Shown: piece after piece, positions 63,808 through 64,000 of the stretch
Numbering within the stretch: position 1 is the first letter of the stretch
Layout: each line of letters begins with the position of its first letter
DNA from: an uncultured delta proteobacterium
GTDB lineage: Bacteria > Desulfobacterota > Binatia > UBA9968
Reading direction: 5' to 3'
Assembly (NCBI GenBank): GCA_963745035.1
Contig: CAVUVW010000015.1
Span: 300,414-364,413, forward strand
Length of the DNA stretch: 64,000 nucleotides
Notes under the pieces: model-generated
Seen by the model: the letters and a program-made list of their open reading frames with translations, nothing else
Database searches by the model: none
What the model was told of the DNA's origin: nothing
Made by a program: the position numbers and the translations under genes

Positions 63808-64000
63808 ATGGCCACCGATCCGATCTGCGGCATGACCGTGGATCTCAACAGCGCCGCCGGCAAGCACGACTATCACGGGCAGACGTATTATTTTTGCAGC
63901 CGGCACTGCGTCGACAAGTTCAACGAAAACCCGGCAAAGTACGTGGAAGCGGCCGGCGTCGGGCGCGCTCCGGCGGCAAGGGAGCGTGGCGAACAGCATC
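63808..64000 (+). CDS. YHS-domain protein, probably the N-terminus of a copper P-type ATPase (runs off window)
   Basis: AAGGAG Shine-Dalgarno; MATDPICGMTVD...YYFCSRHCVDKF; copper-cluster context. Confidence 0.78.
   Translation, partial: MATDPICGMTVDLNSAAGKHDYHGQTYYFCSRHCVDKFNENPAKYVEAAGVGRAPAARERGEQH

Larger units (their letters stand above)
58148..64000. mobile_element. Second, mosaic genomic island on the 3' side of tRNA-Leu (continues beyond window)
   Basis: Integrase remnant pointing at the tRNA; TTGTGCCCG x2 with 11-bp period (58207-58226); fragmented cargo with composition shifts; right boundary not seen. Confidence 0.65.

Overview
GC-rich bacterial chromosome segment. Gene content suggests Candidatus Binatia (former Deltaproteobacteria), but this is inference only. 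Many essential genes carry single-base indels, so most frameshifts look like uncorrected long-read errors. Left to right: a partial DUF255 thioredoxin-like gene; a GrdE-like plus Sec-containing GrdB-like reductase pair with a non-canonical STUGTSTRSG motif; a tight operon SCO - VKOR/Trx - signal-peptide rhodanese selenoprotein (in-frame TGA, UxC) - queC - DUF58 - BatA/vWA - vWA; an M23 peptidase; pgpA-cinA-thpR-recA-recX-alaS-yjbQ-phoH; a DegP-like protease; groES-groEL; cytochrome c; GST; a histidine kinase; E1 alpha/beta; an 11-subunit complex I (nuoABCDHIJKLMN, no EFG); NMT1-type binding proteins, a hydrolase, larC, MFS and Kelch genes; bioFAD; a UdgX-like gene; radA. From 53.3 kb the window is an integration hotspot at tRNA-Leu(CAA). 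A 4.8 kb element duplicates the 5' half of the tRNA, with matching 11-bp-period repeats at both ends. A second island follows on the 3' side with integrase remnants, a deleted peptide ABC operon, an orphan tRNA-Glu 3' half next to a third integrase, and a copper-resistance cluster running off the window. Seven 7/8-mer tandem-repeat hairpins sit at junctions between co-directional genes.
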